DNA from: Moniliella sp. 'wahieum'
Lineage: Eukaryota
Assembly: GCA_003971905.1 (NCBI GenBank)
Contig: RSEE01000015.1
Coordinates: forward strand, 248,001 to 312,000
DNA: 64,000 bases
Direction: 5' to 3'
The notes below the pieces were generated by a model. The model did no database searches. It worked only from the letters and a program-made list of their open reading frames with translations, and was not told where the DNA came from. A program made the position numbers and the translations under genes. Below are positions 14,180 to 26,466 of the stretch, one piece after another (the stretch's first letter is position 1; the number at the start of each line of letters is the position of its first letter).

Positions 14180-15182
14180 ATGAGCCAACCAAGGATTCGC
14201 TTGCTTCTGTTCGATGCGTTCGACACACTCCTTCATCCCCGCCTCCCCCCTGACGAGCAATATGTGCGTGCTTTGCCCCCGCTTTTCGGGCGATCGTAAC
14301 TCATCTTCTCTCCCGGCTATTCCAGGCGGAAGAAGCACGTCGCATCCTCCTCCCTATCTGGCCACCAGTGGGGCCCAACAAAAGACCACCGAAGCACAAC
14401 TAAGCACCGATGCTGTCCGAACCTCGTTCCGAAACGCATTCAAGAGCGTCTCGTCCGCCCATCCTCTCTATGGAGCGGGGACGAACATCGAGGCGGAGCC
14501 GGAAGTAGGCGCGCGCACCGGCCCCGATGCATGGTGGGCCCTGGTTATTGCACGAACCTTTGCGCCCGTTGTACGGCACGCAGAGGAAGCAGGTGTGAGG
14601 GCGCTGGACGAACTCCAAACTGTCCTTTTGGATCGGTTTGCCAGCGACCGAGCTTACACCCTCTTCCCCGATGTAGCTCCGGCCTTGACTGCGCTCCGGG
14701 CTCAATGCCCTTCGGTCGCGTTGGGTATCGCGAGCAACTCGGACACGCGCATATTACGTGCCATGCGCGATTTGGGCTTGTCCACCTGGCTTAACCTCGA
14801 CCCCTACTACCCCGGGGTTCAGCCTTCTCCCCCGCCTTTCTGGCCGCGTGCCGTATTGAGTTATGCGATTCGCGCGGAAAAACCATCAGAAGCCTTTTTC
14901 GCTACTTGCATCCAAGCCGCATCGCAGTCGGAACAGGTTCCCATTCAACCCAACGAAGTACTCTACGTTGGCGACCATCTTTTGGAGGATGTGCGGGCGG
15001 CCCGGTCCGCGAAACTGAATGCGCTTTGGTTGCGACGACCAGAGGAATGGTTGTCCCACGGCCCGCATAACGACGCGATTGAACGGGAGCTTGCAGCACA
15101 TGGACTACGTGAGGACGAGCATGCCGGCGTGGTACGCTCGTTGGAGGAGATTCCAGCTTGGCTACGAACACACTCACTCTAG
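14180..15182 (+). CDS. HAD-superfamily hydrolase (HDHD3/REG-2-like)
   Basis: Exon 1 reads MSQPRIRLLLFDAFDTLLHPR (motif I). Intron 14264-14325 (GTGCGT..CAG) follows. Motif II is 'GIASNSDTR', motif III is 'EKP' and motif IV is 'YVGDHLLEDV'. Confidence 0.9.
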
Positions 15183-15498
15183 ACCACCTAGACTCGATGA
15201 GATGCGTATACATTATTCCCCATCCTCTCTGGACAAGGGGATGGGGGGGTCCCCGCGTCGCGGGCAGCACGCCCCGTAGGCATGGCCAAGGGACGTCCAA
15301 AGCAGGAAAGCATAAACATGAGGTCCCATCCCTTATCATCCAGCAAACGAGTAAACCAGCTGGGTATGGTGTCGAGAACTGGTTTGGTTCGGCTTGCCGG
15401 TATGGGGGAGGACCAAAGAGAGAGGTACCAGGACAAAGTAAGCCAGGGAACAGTCGGTAAAGAGGAGTGAGGAGGAATACAGCGCGCACAACTTGCTC

Positions 15499-16222
15499 TC
15501 ACATAGAGAGCTCGGCCTGGAGAGCACGTAGTTCCGCTTCTTCGTCTTCCTCCTGAGACCGCTGAGGGGCGGCCGAGACAGGTGCATGCACAGGTTGGGC
15601 GGTCTGGGGAACGTGAACGGGAACGGTGTCGGCCCCAATCAGACGAGCATTGAGATCTTCTGCTCCAGCTCCTCCAACTCGTTGAGAAGTTCGTCCTGGG
15701 AACAGCATACTCAGCAACTCGGAACAGGGTGGCCCGGCCAGATCGATACGAACCTCATCAACATCCTGCCCCATCCCAACGGGGTTCGAGATGGCCTCTG
15801 AGATCTCATTCGTCAGATCCATCTGCTCCCGAATGGAGTCCATGGTGGCATCCACCTTGTCAATGTTGAGCGAGCCATGGATCTGCTTGAGAGCCTCCGA
15901 ACCGCGCTTCATCGCCTGCATCGTCTCCAGGTTCATGTTGGCCGACTCGATCGCGGCCACCTGGGTCTCCAAGGTCATGCGAGTCCCATACAGCCGCTCC
16001 AGCTCCGTCTCAAACACTTTCTTCTGGCGAAGAGCCTGGGCAGCGGCCTTGCGGTTGGAGGTGACGAGGGTGCGTGCCTTGTCCTGCTGCTCCTCAATCT
16101 TGCGGGTAAGATGCTGTTCTTTCTTGTCGAGCATCAACAAGTTCTCGCGCAACCCGACAATGGCGTCGCGCGGGGCGGTGCGGCTGGCGCCGCCCAAAGA
16201 GAGAGGTCCACCAGCTGGACAT
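15499..16222 (-). CDS. SNF7: ESCRT-III subunit Snf7/Vps32
   Basis: The start reads MSSWWTSLFG. Typical segments are 'RDAIVGLRENLLMLDKKE', 'LETQVAAIESANMNLETMQAMKRG' and 'IDKVDATMDSIREQMDLTNEISEAISNP'. An intron lies at 15696-15753, and the C-terminus is 'EEDEEAELRALQAELSM'. Confidence 0.96.
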
Positions 16223-17567
16223 GGCCGAGGGGAGCTCCGGGGCAGGCTCAGACTCCAGCCGAGAGCAGGAGCAGGTGGCCGAACGAGGCAGCGGTGGCGC
16301 CCAGCGCAGCCAGTGCCCAGCCGACCCGCCCGACGCAGCCCAGCAACGCAAAGCGCCTGCGGACCGACGCACCATCATGCATCATGCATGCAAATCCCAC
16401 CATGCATTCACGCACCGCAGTCGTACGTAAATACAAGTAAGGCTTGCAGCTTTGGCCAATAGCAAGGATGGTCCAGCCCGGCCCAGCACACCGCACCACA
16501 CGGCGTTCGTTCAGGCCTGAGTTCAGGCAGGTGCCGCGCCTTCTCCGCCGCTTACACCTCCTCAGCTGCCACCCCCTCCGACGCTTTACAGATGGAGGCT
16601 ACCTGAAGCCCCCCTTCCTACTGCCGCACATGACCCGAGCCGCGCACACGTACATCCGTGGTGCCTCTCCCTGCCATCCTAGTTCCGACGCCTCTTCGTC
16701 TCAATCTCACCGTTGACCAGCTTATGGTTGCGCCACATCCGTCCTAAGCGCCGCCGGTTCTGCGCCATGGTCGGGGACAAGAAAAAAGTGGCGTCGCATA
16801 GCCAATGGATACCAAGGGGCTACGCCATGTGCATTCTAACCCTGCTGTGTGCCCAGGCCCCAGTGACGTCGCTTGGCGGCAAGTGGATGCCGGAATGCCT
16901 CTCGGCTGGGACCCTGTTGGGTCTAGGCATGGCATATTGCGATCGAAGGCCCAACCATTCTCCACGCTCCCTCGCGTCGCGCCCTTTTTTATGTCTGTCC
17001 GCACCTGTTCCCGGGTGTTCGGGTTGTTAACCTAGGATATGATGCGGCCGCGGGGCAGATGCTGTATCTGGTGGTCAAGGCGGGTGGTGTGGACTTGACA
17101 CTGACATTCATCCATGGAAAAGGAATAGAAAAGCATCGGTATAGAGGGGATGCCCCCGTCGATCAGTGATATGCTTAGGCCCGGGGTTGCTGCTCTTGGC
17201 ATAGGGTGTACCTGCCATCAAAAGAAGAGCCGGTGCCAAGGTCACGGTAGGCCCTATTCGCCTGGAATCCATCCTCTGCTGCATTTCCTCCACGCTTGCT
17301 CTCCAAGACGTTGTGAAGTGAGGTGGTGAAGTCATAACATTCACTGGGGATGGGGAAACTCGAGTCATCGATCATCCTATACTCACTACTCAACGAGTCA
17401 TAAATGTGTGTTAATAGACCTTAGGCCCCTTCAAGCTTCAAGCCTTAGGCCATAACGCTTGGGAGTCGATGAGTCAGACCTGTGTGTGCGTGCCCTCATG
17501 TGGCGGAGACAATACTACCCCGCATCGGTGTCCGTATAAGTGTACCCGTATATGTGTCTCGGCGACA

Positions 17568-17574
17568 TATAAAA
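17568..17574 (+). promoter_or_regulatory. Candidate TATA box (TATAAAA) upstream of the 17686 ORF
   Basis: TATAAAA lies about 115 nt upstream of the ATG and is followed by a pyrimidine-rich leader. Confidence 0.4.
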
Positions 17575-17685
17575 AATGGCACCCGAGCTCTGCACTGAGA
17601 ATCTCCGTCCCACCACCATCTTCACTCCCGCTCCTATCCCCCGCCTTCACGCCCGCACCTACTATCCCGCGCCTTCCGCCCGCGA

Positions 17686-18225
17686 ATGTCCCCACCACTG
17701 AATATGAATATGGAGATGAAACTGCCGTGCGAGGGGTACAGCCTGCGCGACATGGCCGCCGACTTTCCCGTTCCGAACCGAAACATGCTCATCCACGTTC
17801 TTAATGGCCTAGGTGAAGTGGCGGACCAATGGGAGTTTTTACTTGAGGAGAACAAGTGCAATCCCATGATCCGTCCCACTTCTTCCCAAGCGGGAGACGA
17901 GCACGACGCGATGGCCCTCCAGTTCGAGGCCAGAAAGCTCATGGGTATGCCGGATTGCCCAGGGCGAAATGGCGTGTTTCTGGACTGCTACAGCGCAGAC
18001 CACACGTGGGAGAGCGAGTTGAAGTACCTCAAGGAGCAAGACGAGGAGTTTGTCATGGGACCACTACCGGAGTTGATGCAGCACGTACACCGCACATGCG
18101 ATTGTTGGATCTACATACCAAAATCAACCCCCCCCTCGATCAAATCAGCCGAGGACGATGCAGGCAACGCAGGCGATGCTGGCGATGCTGGCGATGCTGG
18201 CGATGATGTAGTATCCAAACTCTGA
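17686..18225 (+). CDS. Orphan acidic hypothetical protein (179 aa) with a C-terminal (AGD)n repeat
   Basis: An uninterrupted ATG-to-TGA ORF with protein-like composition and an upstream TATA element. No family was recognised. Confidence 0.55.
   Translation: MSPPLNMNMEMKLPCEGYSLRDMAADFPVPNRNMLIHVLNGLGEVADQWEFLLEENKCNPMIRPTSSQAGDEHDAMALQFEARKLMGMPDCPGRNGVFLDCYSADHTWESELKYLKEQDEEFVMGPLPELMQHVHRTCDCWIYIPKSTPPSIKSAEDDAGNAGDAGDAGDAGDDVVSKL
18160..18204 (+). repeat. 9-bp coding tandem repeat, 5 copies (GCWGGCRAY)
   Basis: GCAGGCAAC GCAGGCGAT GCTGGCGAT GCTGGCGAT GCTGGCGAT. Confidence 0.9.
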
Positions 18226-19715
18226 GACGCTCTGGGATTATCACCTCAATCTTGTTGGAGGAGATATTGTGCTAGGGATCCCCTGTGGCACGGTCCTCTG
18301 TTGATCGGTGACGCTCGCCTTAGTAGCCGAGCGGAAGAGTTGCGCTCGCAGGCTGCGCACCCCCAGCTCGCTCCACCTCCCTCCTCTCCCCATTCCAGTC
18401 ACCTTCCCTGCAGACGTTGCTGGATGGCTTGTGCCTAACCACTTTGCCTTCACACCTTATCTGAAGGTGCGCCTCTTCTTCCTTTCTCGACCTGTTTCAC
18501 AATGAGACGTTGCTCGAAGACGTGTGTGAAGATCCGATAGCGAGTGATTGCAGTCGGCGGATGTATCGCACAGACTGACTGTGCTTCCTCCGAGTGCTGG
18601 GGGTTATAGCTTTTTAGATAGAAGATGCAAAAGGGCGCCGCACCAATGGGGGGTTGTGTACTAAGAAAGGGGCAGAGTGGAGCAGCGCCATATCTTCGTT
18701 CAAAGCCTCAGGCTGGCCTCAGGCCTGACCTCAGGCCTCAGGGGCCTTAAGGCGGCCTGAGCGCTTGAGCGAGAGACGGAAATGAGTACTGGGTTACTGA
18801 ATACGGAGTGTTCCGTTCAGGTGACCGGTGACATGTGCTGCATGATATTGATCGATGATCTGATGATCCTCCGCCTATTGCTCTCAGCGGAACTAATGCG
18901 GCGGAAACCGCCCATGAGTGGAGGCAGGGGTGTTGGAGCATACCGGCACATGGCCAGTCTTGCGAAATCTAATCAATAACACTCGCACACTGCCTTGTTC
19001 CAATGTGCAGCGGGCAGGGTTGCAAGCGCCAGGAGGCTATATAAGGACCCGGTTGGGGGGCATCTCTGGTGTTTTCCCCCAACTCTTCTGGCCTTCTGGC
19101 TTAGATCAAGTGTAGTATCTGTTCTTAACAGTTTGACAACTGTTACGCTGGGCACTGCCCAGCTGTACTTGTCATTCCACTCTTTGCGTCTTCGGCTTCC
19201 ATCGCTTGTGCTTGCACACGAGGTCGCCACGAGTGCCGCCTCCCTTACACACTGGTCGCTGGCGCTCATCTCCCCAATCTTTTCCTTCACACCATGCTCG
19301 TCTGGGCTGGTCGATGCGATGCAACGAAAATTGGATCAAATGCCTCTCATGCTTTTGAGTATTTTGGACGTCAGTGAGGATATCGGACTTAGCTTGGAGG
19401 TCGACGTGGGGGTTGCGCACGTACACATACCGAGGCGCTGTCGTTGGGAACCTCGTATGTCGTTCTCGTAGCCTTGGGCTTTCGTCCTCAAGGCCTGAAC
19501 TCGTTCCATCCCCAACCTCAACGCCCAGTTCAACGTTCAACACGCTCAACGCACAAATCCCCCAGTGCATCTACATCTTTCGCTCGTACAGTTCAAGGTT
19601 CGACGTTCAGCTGTGGTGTTTCCTCCGCCAGACTAGGCCAATCTTCATCGCATGGATTACATCTTGAGATGGGGATGATAGATGTGCATGTGGGGTGGCG
19701 ATGATTTGCGACGGG

Positions 19716-22700
19716 CTAATCCTCGTCAACCTCAACCTGCACGAGCGAGTCGAACTGAGTACCGAGGATGGGCACAGTGTAGGCACAAATTAGGCCCGCG
19801 GCGGCAAGCCCGAGCAGGAGAGAGAGGTGCGTTGCTGCCAGTTGCAAACCGGAGATCATAAAGCGGGGCGCCCAGACCTTGAAGAGCATCAAATGCCGAC
19901 GCATCACGCTAGCAAACACGCTCGCTGCCACACAGGCCACAGAGCTAGCCGCCACGTACCCTAGCGCGGCCCGGGCAAGGAAAGGAATGGTGGCCATGGG
20001 CTCGTCTTGGGATAGCGCCGGGGTCCCATCAGACCGCATCTCACCCATCCCACGTGGGCGTGGGGCGTGCCGCCACAGGACGACGAGTGTGATGAAAAGC
20101 ACGACAAGAATGCTGGGACCAAGCGTGTTGACCACGACAAACAAGGGAGCAAATGGGTAGGTCAGCTGGTCGAAGCCAACAAAAGCAGCTCGCCATTGAA
20201 TGCTCGGCATGGCAGCTTGGTGCCCTGTACTAAAGAAGGCCAGGTAAGAAAGGAAATGGAGGGTGACGAGGACGAGAGGGGATGCTGTCTCCCTCTTACC
20301 CCACTCGCGCAGCATCCTCGGACCTCCACTGGCTAGCTCGGCGAGGCAAAGCAGGACACAAACCAAAAGCCCAAGAGCCACTTGCCCCATCGGCTGGGCC
20401 AAGAGAAAACGAAGGAGAAAATGAACAAGACCAGGAGCAAGAAGTGAATCCCGAGCAAGTTCCGCACGCCTGTCAACACTGCCCGCTGGCCCGGGGCCTG
20501 TCCTGACGAAGCGGACACTGGTTGCACTCGCAGCTCGAGGGGAGTGGCGATCCGGGCCAAACGACCAAGACGGATGCAAGAGTGGCGCAGATGTCCAGGA
20601 TAGCGAGGGGACGTTTAAGCGAATTGGCCCAAACTGCCCAAGCTGAGGGACGCAAGCCCGCGCGCCCGGCAGAGAGGGTATCGAGGACCCAATAGAGCGC
20701 ACCAGCGACCAAGGTGGAGCGGAGAAGCCACTTGACATAGAGCTGGACCAAGCGCGTGTCCGACTCGGTCAGGCCCGCCATCAAACGGGCCATGCTGGGC
20801 ACCATCCACCACGCCACAGCAAGCGCCAAGGCTGAGGCCCAGAGACTGTTGGTCGAACTCCCCACTGCCGCAGCAGCAATGGCTGCCGGCCCCGTAGCAC
20901 CATTCGAGTCACCTGAGGGGCCTGAGACGAGGCGTGAATAGAAAGTGGTTTGGCAGTACGGAGCCTGATCCTCCCGACACACGTGTATCGCGAGCAAAAT
21001 CCGCGTGAGGACAATGCTCAGAACCCCCAGGGCCCCTGTCCGCAGCAAGTCTTTCTGTGCCACAGCCTTTTCCCCATCTGTACCAGAGAAAAGACCAGGT
21101 AGGCGCAAGAGCGCACCTTTGACCAGGGAAAGGACAAGTAGAACTTGGAGAAGCGTCGAGCTCACATGATCTTCCCAAGCAATGAAGCTGTTGCTACCCA
21201 GCGAAACAGCATGCAGATGACAATCCCAACAGGGTAGAATAGTACTTGCGCTAGGGCACAGAGCACGGAACGTTTTGGGTAGATGGGCGAGAAGAACAAC
21301 ATTGCTCAAGAAAATAAAGACCGCCGAGACAAAGGTAAGGATTGCATCCCATCCTACCACGGCAATCAATTCCCAGACGGTCGTTGTATCACTGTGGCGC
21401 ACGCCCGTCGCGCCCAAGGCCATGGCAAACACTGGTCCAGAAATCGCGGCGCCGAGGCCGAGGGCATGCGCAAGGTACCCGCCGCAGCGCGCAGACCATC
21501 TACCGGCCGGGCCTTCGTTCCAATCGACCAGCGCAGGCGTAAGGCAGATAAGGTTCCGAGTATCAAGAGCGTTACGCCGGCTGCCATTGAGGTGAGATCA
21601 AATTGGGCCCAGACCTGCTTGGCGCGAGCGAGTGCGAGACGGGCATAGGCAAAACGCACGCTCGGCAGTCCGAGTCAAGGACGCATACAGCGGGCTCGAG
21701 GGAGTGACTGACGCCCGTACCCAGTCGGCCCGGGCTGCACGAAGCCAGGCTTCCTCCAACTCGGAGGTAAATCTGTTAAATTCACCCGCTTGATCCACAT
21801 AGCGCTCGAGATAAGTGTGGATCTGCTGAGCGTTGATCCGTAGGGCGCGCAACAAGACGTCCACAAACAGCTCGGGCACTACAGTGCCTAGCGAATTGAA
21901 GGGAATGGGCAGGCCATGGAGTAAAGCGAACGAGGGAACAAAGTCAATCTGTTGGATGCTGCGGTGGGCCACTTCATTCCCCAACGGACTGAAGGCGATA
22001 TACTCATCAGGAGCACCCAATGCTGTACGGACGGGACCACCTTGCTTGAGACCGGAGGGGAAGAAAAGCTCGTCCAAGGAAATGTCCTCCCGCGGAGTGG
22101 AGAAAACGTACGAGCCTTGGGAAGCTCCGGAGAAAGAAGCGCCTCCTTTGTTCACCTGGATCTGGCATGCGGCTCCCGTGGCGCAAGCCAGAAAGACGAC
22201 GTAGTCATCCCCATAGGCAGTCAGGGAGGTATCCGTTGCGACATATGTGCCTGGGCCGAAGTGATAACCACCTGATGAAGCGCCAAACGAAACATCCAAG
22301 GGTGTGTCGGGCAAAGCAGAGTAGCCCAAACCTTCTTCTTGAGGCAGTTGTGCAGTGAGGGGACGTTTGGCGTAAGCAAAGAAGGCGGCACCTGTTTCGA
22401 GTTCCCCATCGCCACCATGATCACCCTTGGCGTCCATACCATGGTCCCCCATGAAGAAAAGTAAAGCATCATCGGGGAGGTGATCGGTAATGAAACGGAT
22501 TTGCGCATCGAGCTCCTTGAGCTTGCGACTGAATTCGGCGTGACCGGGACCGTAACGGTGGCCAGCATGGTCGAGCCCCAGCTGGTGTGCAACGATGAGA
22601 GACCAGTTACCTGCCTCTGTGGTGCGAGGGATGCGGGATCTAAGAAGGCACGCAGATGTAACTGCACGCCTTGGTCGACCGTGTCAAGGTCCTCAACGTG

Positions 22701-23506
22701 GAAGGAGTCATAGGACCATGCCCACGTCTTGTCGAAGGAGTCGGGGAAAAGGCTGAGCCAAGTATCATCTCCCATGAAGCAATACCTGCCGCGTCTGGGT
22801 TTTTGGCCAAATTTCGAGCCCGCAATTGGGCCAACAAGTTGTCCTCGCCAATGTTGGTCGCCCCAAAGTTGGAGCCAGCATCAATAAATGTGGGCAGGAC
22901 TCCGGTAGTTAGTGCCTTGAGCCGCTGGAGGGTGGTAGTGGGTGGGTCGGCAGCAAAATGAGCAAGGAGGGTATGGTCAGGGTGGGCAGCCTGAAGGGCC
23001 TGAATTGTGGGCACACCGCCAGCAAGCTGTGTAATGACAGCTTCCAATTCGGCATCGCTCGCGTTGCCTGATGCGAAGAGCGGGGGCGAAACGAAATCAT
23101 AACGCAACGCATCAACAATGAAGATCAACGAGCGATCAAAGCGAGCGGGGAGGGTGCATTCCCCATGTTCGGCCAGGACGGAGGACCAGTTGGAAGGGAG
23201 AGCTTGTCCAGAAGAAACGAGAGTGGAGAGGGCCAAGTCGATATTGGTGGTGGGTGAACGATCCGAGGAAGGGCAGCGAGCCGTGCCTTCAAGCTCGGTT
23301 CGGGTCAAGAGGAAGCCCTTGGTAAAGAGAACGAGGCCGACAAGCTGGGTGGTAGCGACAAACGATATGAGGGCGAGGGCGCGAAGAAGGAGGGGGACGA
23401 CCGACGGGGGAGCATCGCCACGTGCCTCTCCAGCATCCGCACCGGAGACAGCAGATGCGGGAGAAACGCCACGGACATGGCTGCGACTGGGGCTGACCCT
23501 GGCCAT
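19716..23506 (-). CDS. GPI13: GPI ethanolamine phosphate transferase 3 (GPI13/PIG-O); frameshifted
   Basis: Motifs are 'LFTKGFLLTR', 'IFIVDALRYDF', 'ADPPTTTLQRLKALTTG..PTFIDAGSNF', 'MGDDTW', 'MGDHGMDAKGDHGGD', 'QIDFVPS..LHGLPIPFNSLG', 'SNSFIAWED', 'FFSTGHQA' and 'RRHLMLFKVWAPRF'. Confidence 0.96.
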
Positions 23507-24009
23507 ACCCGAACAGATGAGGGTGAGGGGCGGAGGAGGAAAAGGAGGGAGGAAAGGGGAGGATGGGGAGGAGGTGGTGGAGGAGGTGGCCCTGCCTCCA
23601 GGATCCACACCTGCGCTCTTGCGCCTGCCGCCCCCGCACCCTGCGCTCTTCCAGCGGAGCATTCCGCCCGCCATCCCGCGCGGGCATCCTGGGATATCAC
23701 ATGCACACATCACATGTGGTGCAATTAAAGCTAATATTGAACGAACCCAAGCCTGTTCCGACCCAGCTTTGCAAGAGAGGGACCGAGGAAGGCACGTGCC
23801 AGCGGTGACTAGGTGACTTGCGACCGGTGAGTGCTGGTGATTAATGATTTCCGCTTGATTTGCAAATGTTCAATGTTCATGCATCACGTGCATCACGCAT
23901 CATGAATCATTCCACCGCACCACTTACGCGTTGGGATGGCTGGTGCAAACTCTCGCCATCTCTCCATACCACTGCCCTCCACCTGCTTGCCCATCCACCA
24001 ACGTGGGCC

Positions 24010-25162
24010 ATGCTCGTCAGCGACTCGTCCGCGCCCCTCCCTCCACCCAACGTCGGCCCAACCGACTGGCCCCCCACCGTGCTTCCAACTCTGACCCTCA
24101 CCCCCGCTTTGTCACATGGCATCGATGATCCTGTGGACGAGAGTATGGGCAAGGACAAGGACCATCACAAGGGCAACGTCCAGCCCGGCTCGCTGGCTGA
24201 TGGAGATGACGTAGCTTTCCCAAACGATGCTATGCTTCTAGGGAAAATCGACTTCAACACAAGTCTCACCAACATTATTGGTGGCGAAACCTTCTCTCTC
24301 CAACGCTACACCCCGGACGCGCCAGAACACGATGAGCCCACGGAGGAAGAAGAGGCAGCCGTCGCAGCCAATCTTGCTAATTGGTCCAAGAGAGACTGCC
24401 AACGCCGCAAGTCTGCACGCCAGCGACGCCCTGCAAATCCTTCAACTTCAACCGCAGGTGCTGAGACGTCTGACTCAGACAGCCCAGGCCTCCTCCGCCG
24501 TCTGTCTACTCTTCGTCGCCCCCGGGCTGGAGCAAAGGCCAACGGTGCATCGGCTGCAACTCCAGCAGCCTTAGTTTCATCTTCGGAAACCCGAGTTCAT
24601 TCCACCTCAGCGCTTGCGCCTACCCCCACCAGTCCTCAGCCGGGTACCCAGTCGCCTAGCTCGCCTTCTTCCAACCTGCCGTTGACCTCTCCTCCTGGCA
24701 CGCCTATTTCTGATTCGATTGCGGGTCTGGGCCTGGCCATGTGGGATCACCAAGAGGTGGATATGACTACCCAAACCAACAAAGGGAAAAGTCCCAACCC
24801 AAGCACAGTCAATCCACGCCCTACCGGCCAAAAGCCATTGGTCACGGCAGGCCCAGCTCCTGTGCGAAGCATGTCCCTCCACCCCCCGCCTCGGGATTAT
24901 GGTTCGCGTGGCCGCGGTCGTGGCCGAGGGCATGGGCGAGATCAATCAAATCCTTTCTCTTTTCATCTCGTCGCCATCGCATTCCCCACTCTCATCTTCG
25001 TCGGACAGTCTTTCTCGGTCACGTTCACCTACGCCTATGCATCGTAAACCTGAAGACCCGCCTCCGGAGCGAGGTGTCTGGCTCACCGACTTGCTCTGCT
25101 GCCTATCCAGTTCATCTACTGAAGATGAAACCCAGGCTGGGCGGACTAACCCCCTTGAGTAA
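24010..25162 (+). CDS. Hypothetical Ser/Pro/Thr-rich protein; end uncertain
   Basis: A 395-aa ORF frame has an ATG at 24010. It contains a short globular-looking block 'LLGKIDFNTSLTNIIGGETFSLQRY' followed by low-complexity sequence. Confidence 0.55.
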
Positions 25163-25723
25163 GGACGGACGGAAGAGTTTCGTCCTCCACTGGCCCCCTT
25201 TCCAAAGGCCTAGTTGCTCCAGCCATCATGTCATTGTCGTGGACTCTTGTCTTATTCCATTTTTGTGTTCCATTCCATTGTTGTGTTTCCTTTCTCGTGC
25301 TCTCTTATTTGTCCTCTGGATACTGTGTGCCTGCTCATGTTTTCATGCTTTTTTCACCTCGAGCTTGTTTCTGTGCGCATTCATATTTATACCCTTCAAG
25401 TCACGATGGTTGCCGAGATGGTTATATGGTTGGTTTCCTTCACGCCTTGATTGCCCCCATCACGTGCATAACGCGTATAATGCAGCAGAGATTGGCCTGA
25501 AGCTTGAAGCCTGAAGGGCAGATGGAGGATCATGCACTAAAATGACTGTTGTGTGTAACGGGGGATTAAGTCCATTAATGATTAAAGACTTTTTTCTTGC
25601 CCATCGAAGTCATGACTCGTACTCACGGAGGACACTTGCGTGACGTGAGGCAGTCGCGAGTGTGGGCCTTACCGGATTAGCTTGGTTACAAAATTGATCG
25701 GATGGATGAAAGACAAAAAGTAG

Positions 25724-25810
25724 TTCCCCAACCGGGAGTCGAACCCGGGTCTTCACGGATCAGCCTAGGAGCTTGAAAGCGTGACATCATAGCCGTTGGA
25801 CCATTGAGGA
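25724..25810 (-). tRNA. tRNA-Glu (anticodon TTC) with a 15-nt intron (25759-25773)
   Basis: The minus strand reads TCCTCAA-TGGTCCAACGGCTATGATG-TCACG-CT-TTC-A-[AGCTCCTAGGCTGAT]-C-CGTGA-AGAC-CCGGGTTCGACTCCCGG-TTGGGGA-A. The acceptor, anticodon and T stems pair. A T5 Pol III terminator follows. Confidence 0.95.
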
Positions 25811-26052
25811 CTTACATCAGCCAATGATATGTGCAAATTAAAGACGTCTCATTAAGCATTACTTGTTCAAATCAACTAAAATTCCGCTTCCGCCGCTGCC
25901 AGATTTCAAAACTGGGATTACTAAGAGGCGCTCCTGAGACTGCCCTTGTGCTGCAGTTGTTCTGCCCCGATCCTCCCCGATGACCACTCCTCAGGCCTCC
26001 GGCATCGTCCTGAGCACCTTCTTCTTTCCGGTCTCCACCTCCCACATCCGCC

Positions 26053-26466
26053 ATGGCTCTGTCCCGTAGCATCTACAATGTGCTCTTCAAGCGCAACCCC
26101 GTCTTGTGCGTCCTCGATTCTGTCTGGCTTGCTGACTGGATGTACTGGAGGCGTCGCTAACTCGTTCTGCCCAGTGTGAGCGCCTGCTTCTTTGGTGGCT
26201 TTGCCTTCATGGTAGGCTTCGACCAGGTCACTACGGCCTGGTGGGACAAGCACAACTACCCCGTACGTGGAACTTCCTCCATGAGTACCGACTTGGGGTT
26301 CCGGGCAGTGCTGCCGCCCAACTCCGGCATGGGTGTGGCCCCCTGTCTCTCTCCTATGCTTGTGGCTGCGATGACTGACATGATCTTTGTTCCCATCGGA
26401 CAGAAGCAGTGGAAGGACCTGCGGCAGAAGTACATTACTTCGGACAAGGCTGAAGACGACGAGTAA
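26053..26466 (+). CDS. QCR9: Cytochrome b-c1 complex subunit 9 (3 exons)
   Basis: Removing introns 26106-26174 and 26263-26403 gives the intact protein MALSRSIYNVLFKRNPVFVSACFFGGFAFMVGFDQVTTAWWDKHNYPKQWKDLRQKYITSDKAEDDE*. Confidence 0.93.

Noticed and set aside
18973..19667. Transposase remnant or gene in the overlapping short ORFs
   Set aside because: No DDE, RT or other recognisable motif was found, only an isolated intron-like signal.
26263..26403. snoRNA hosted in the relatively long second QCR9 intron
   Set aside because: There is no convincing box C (RTGATGA) with box D pair or H/ACA layout. The CTGAC is explained as the branch site.
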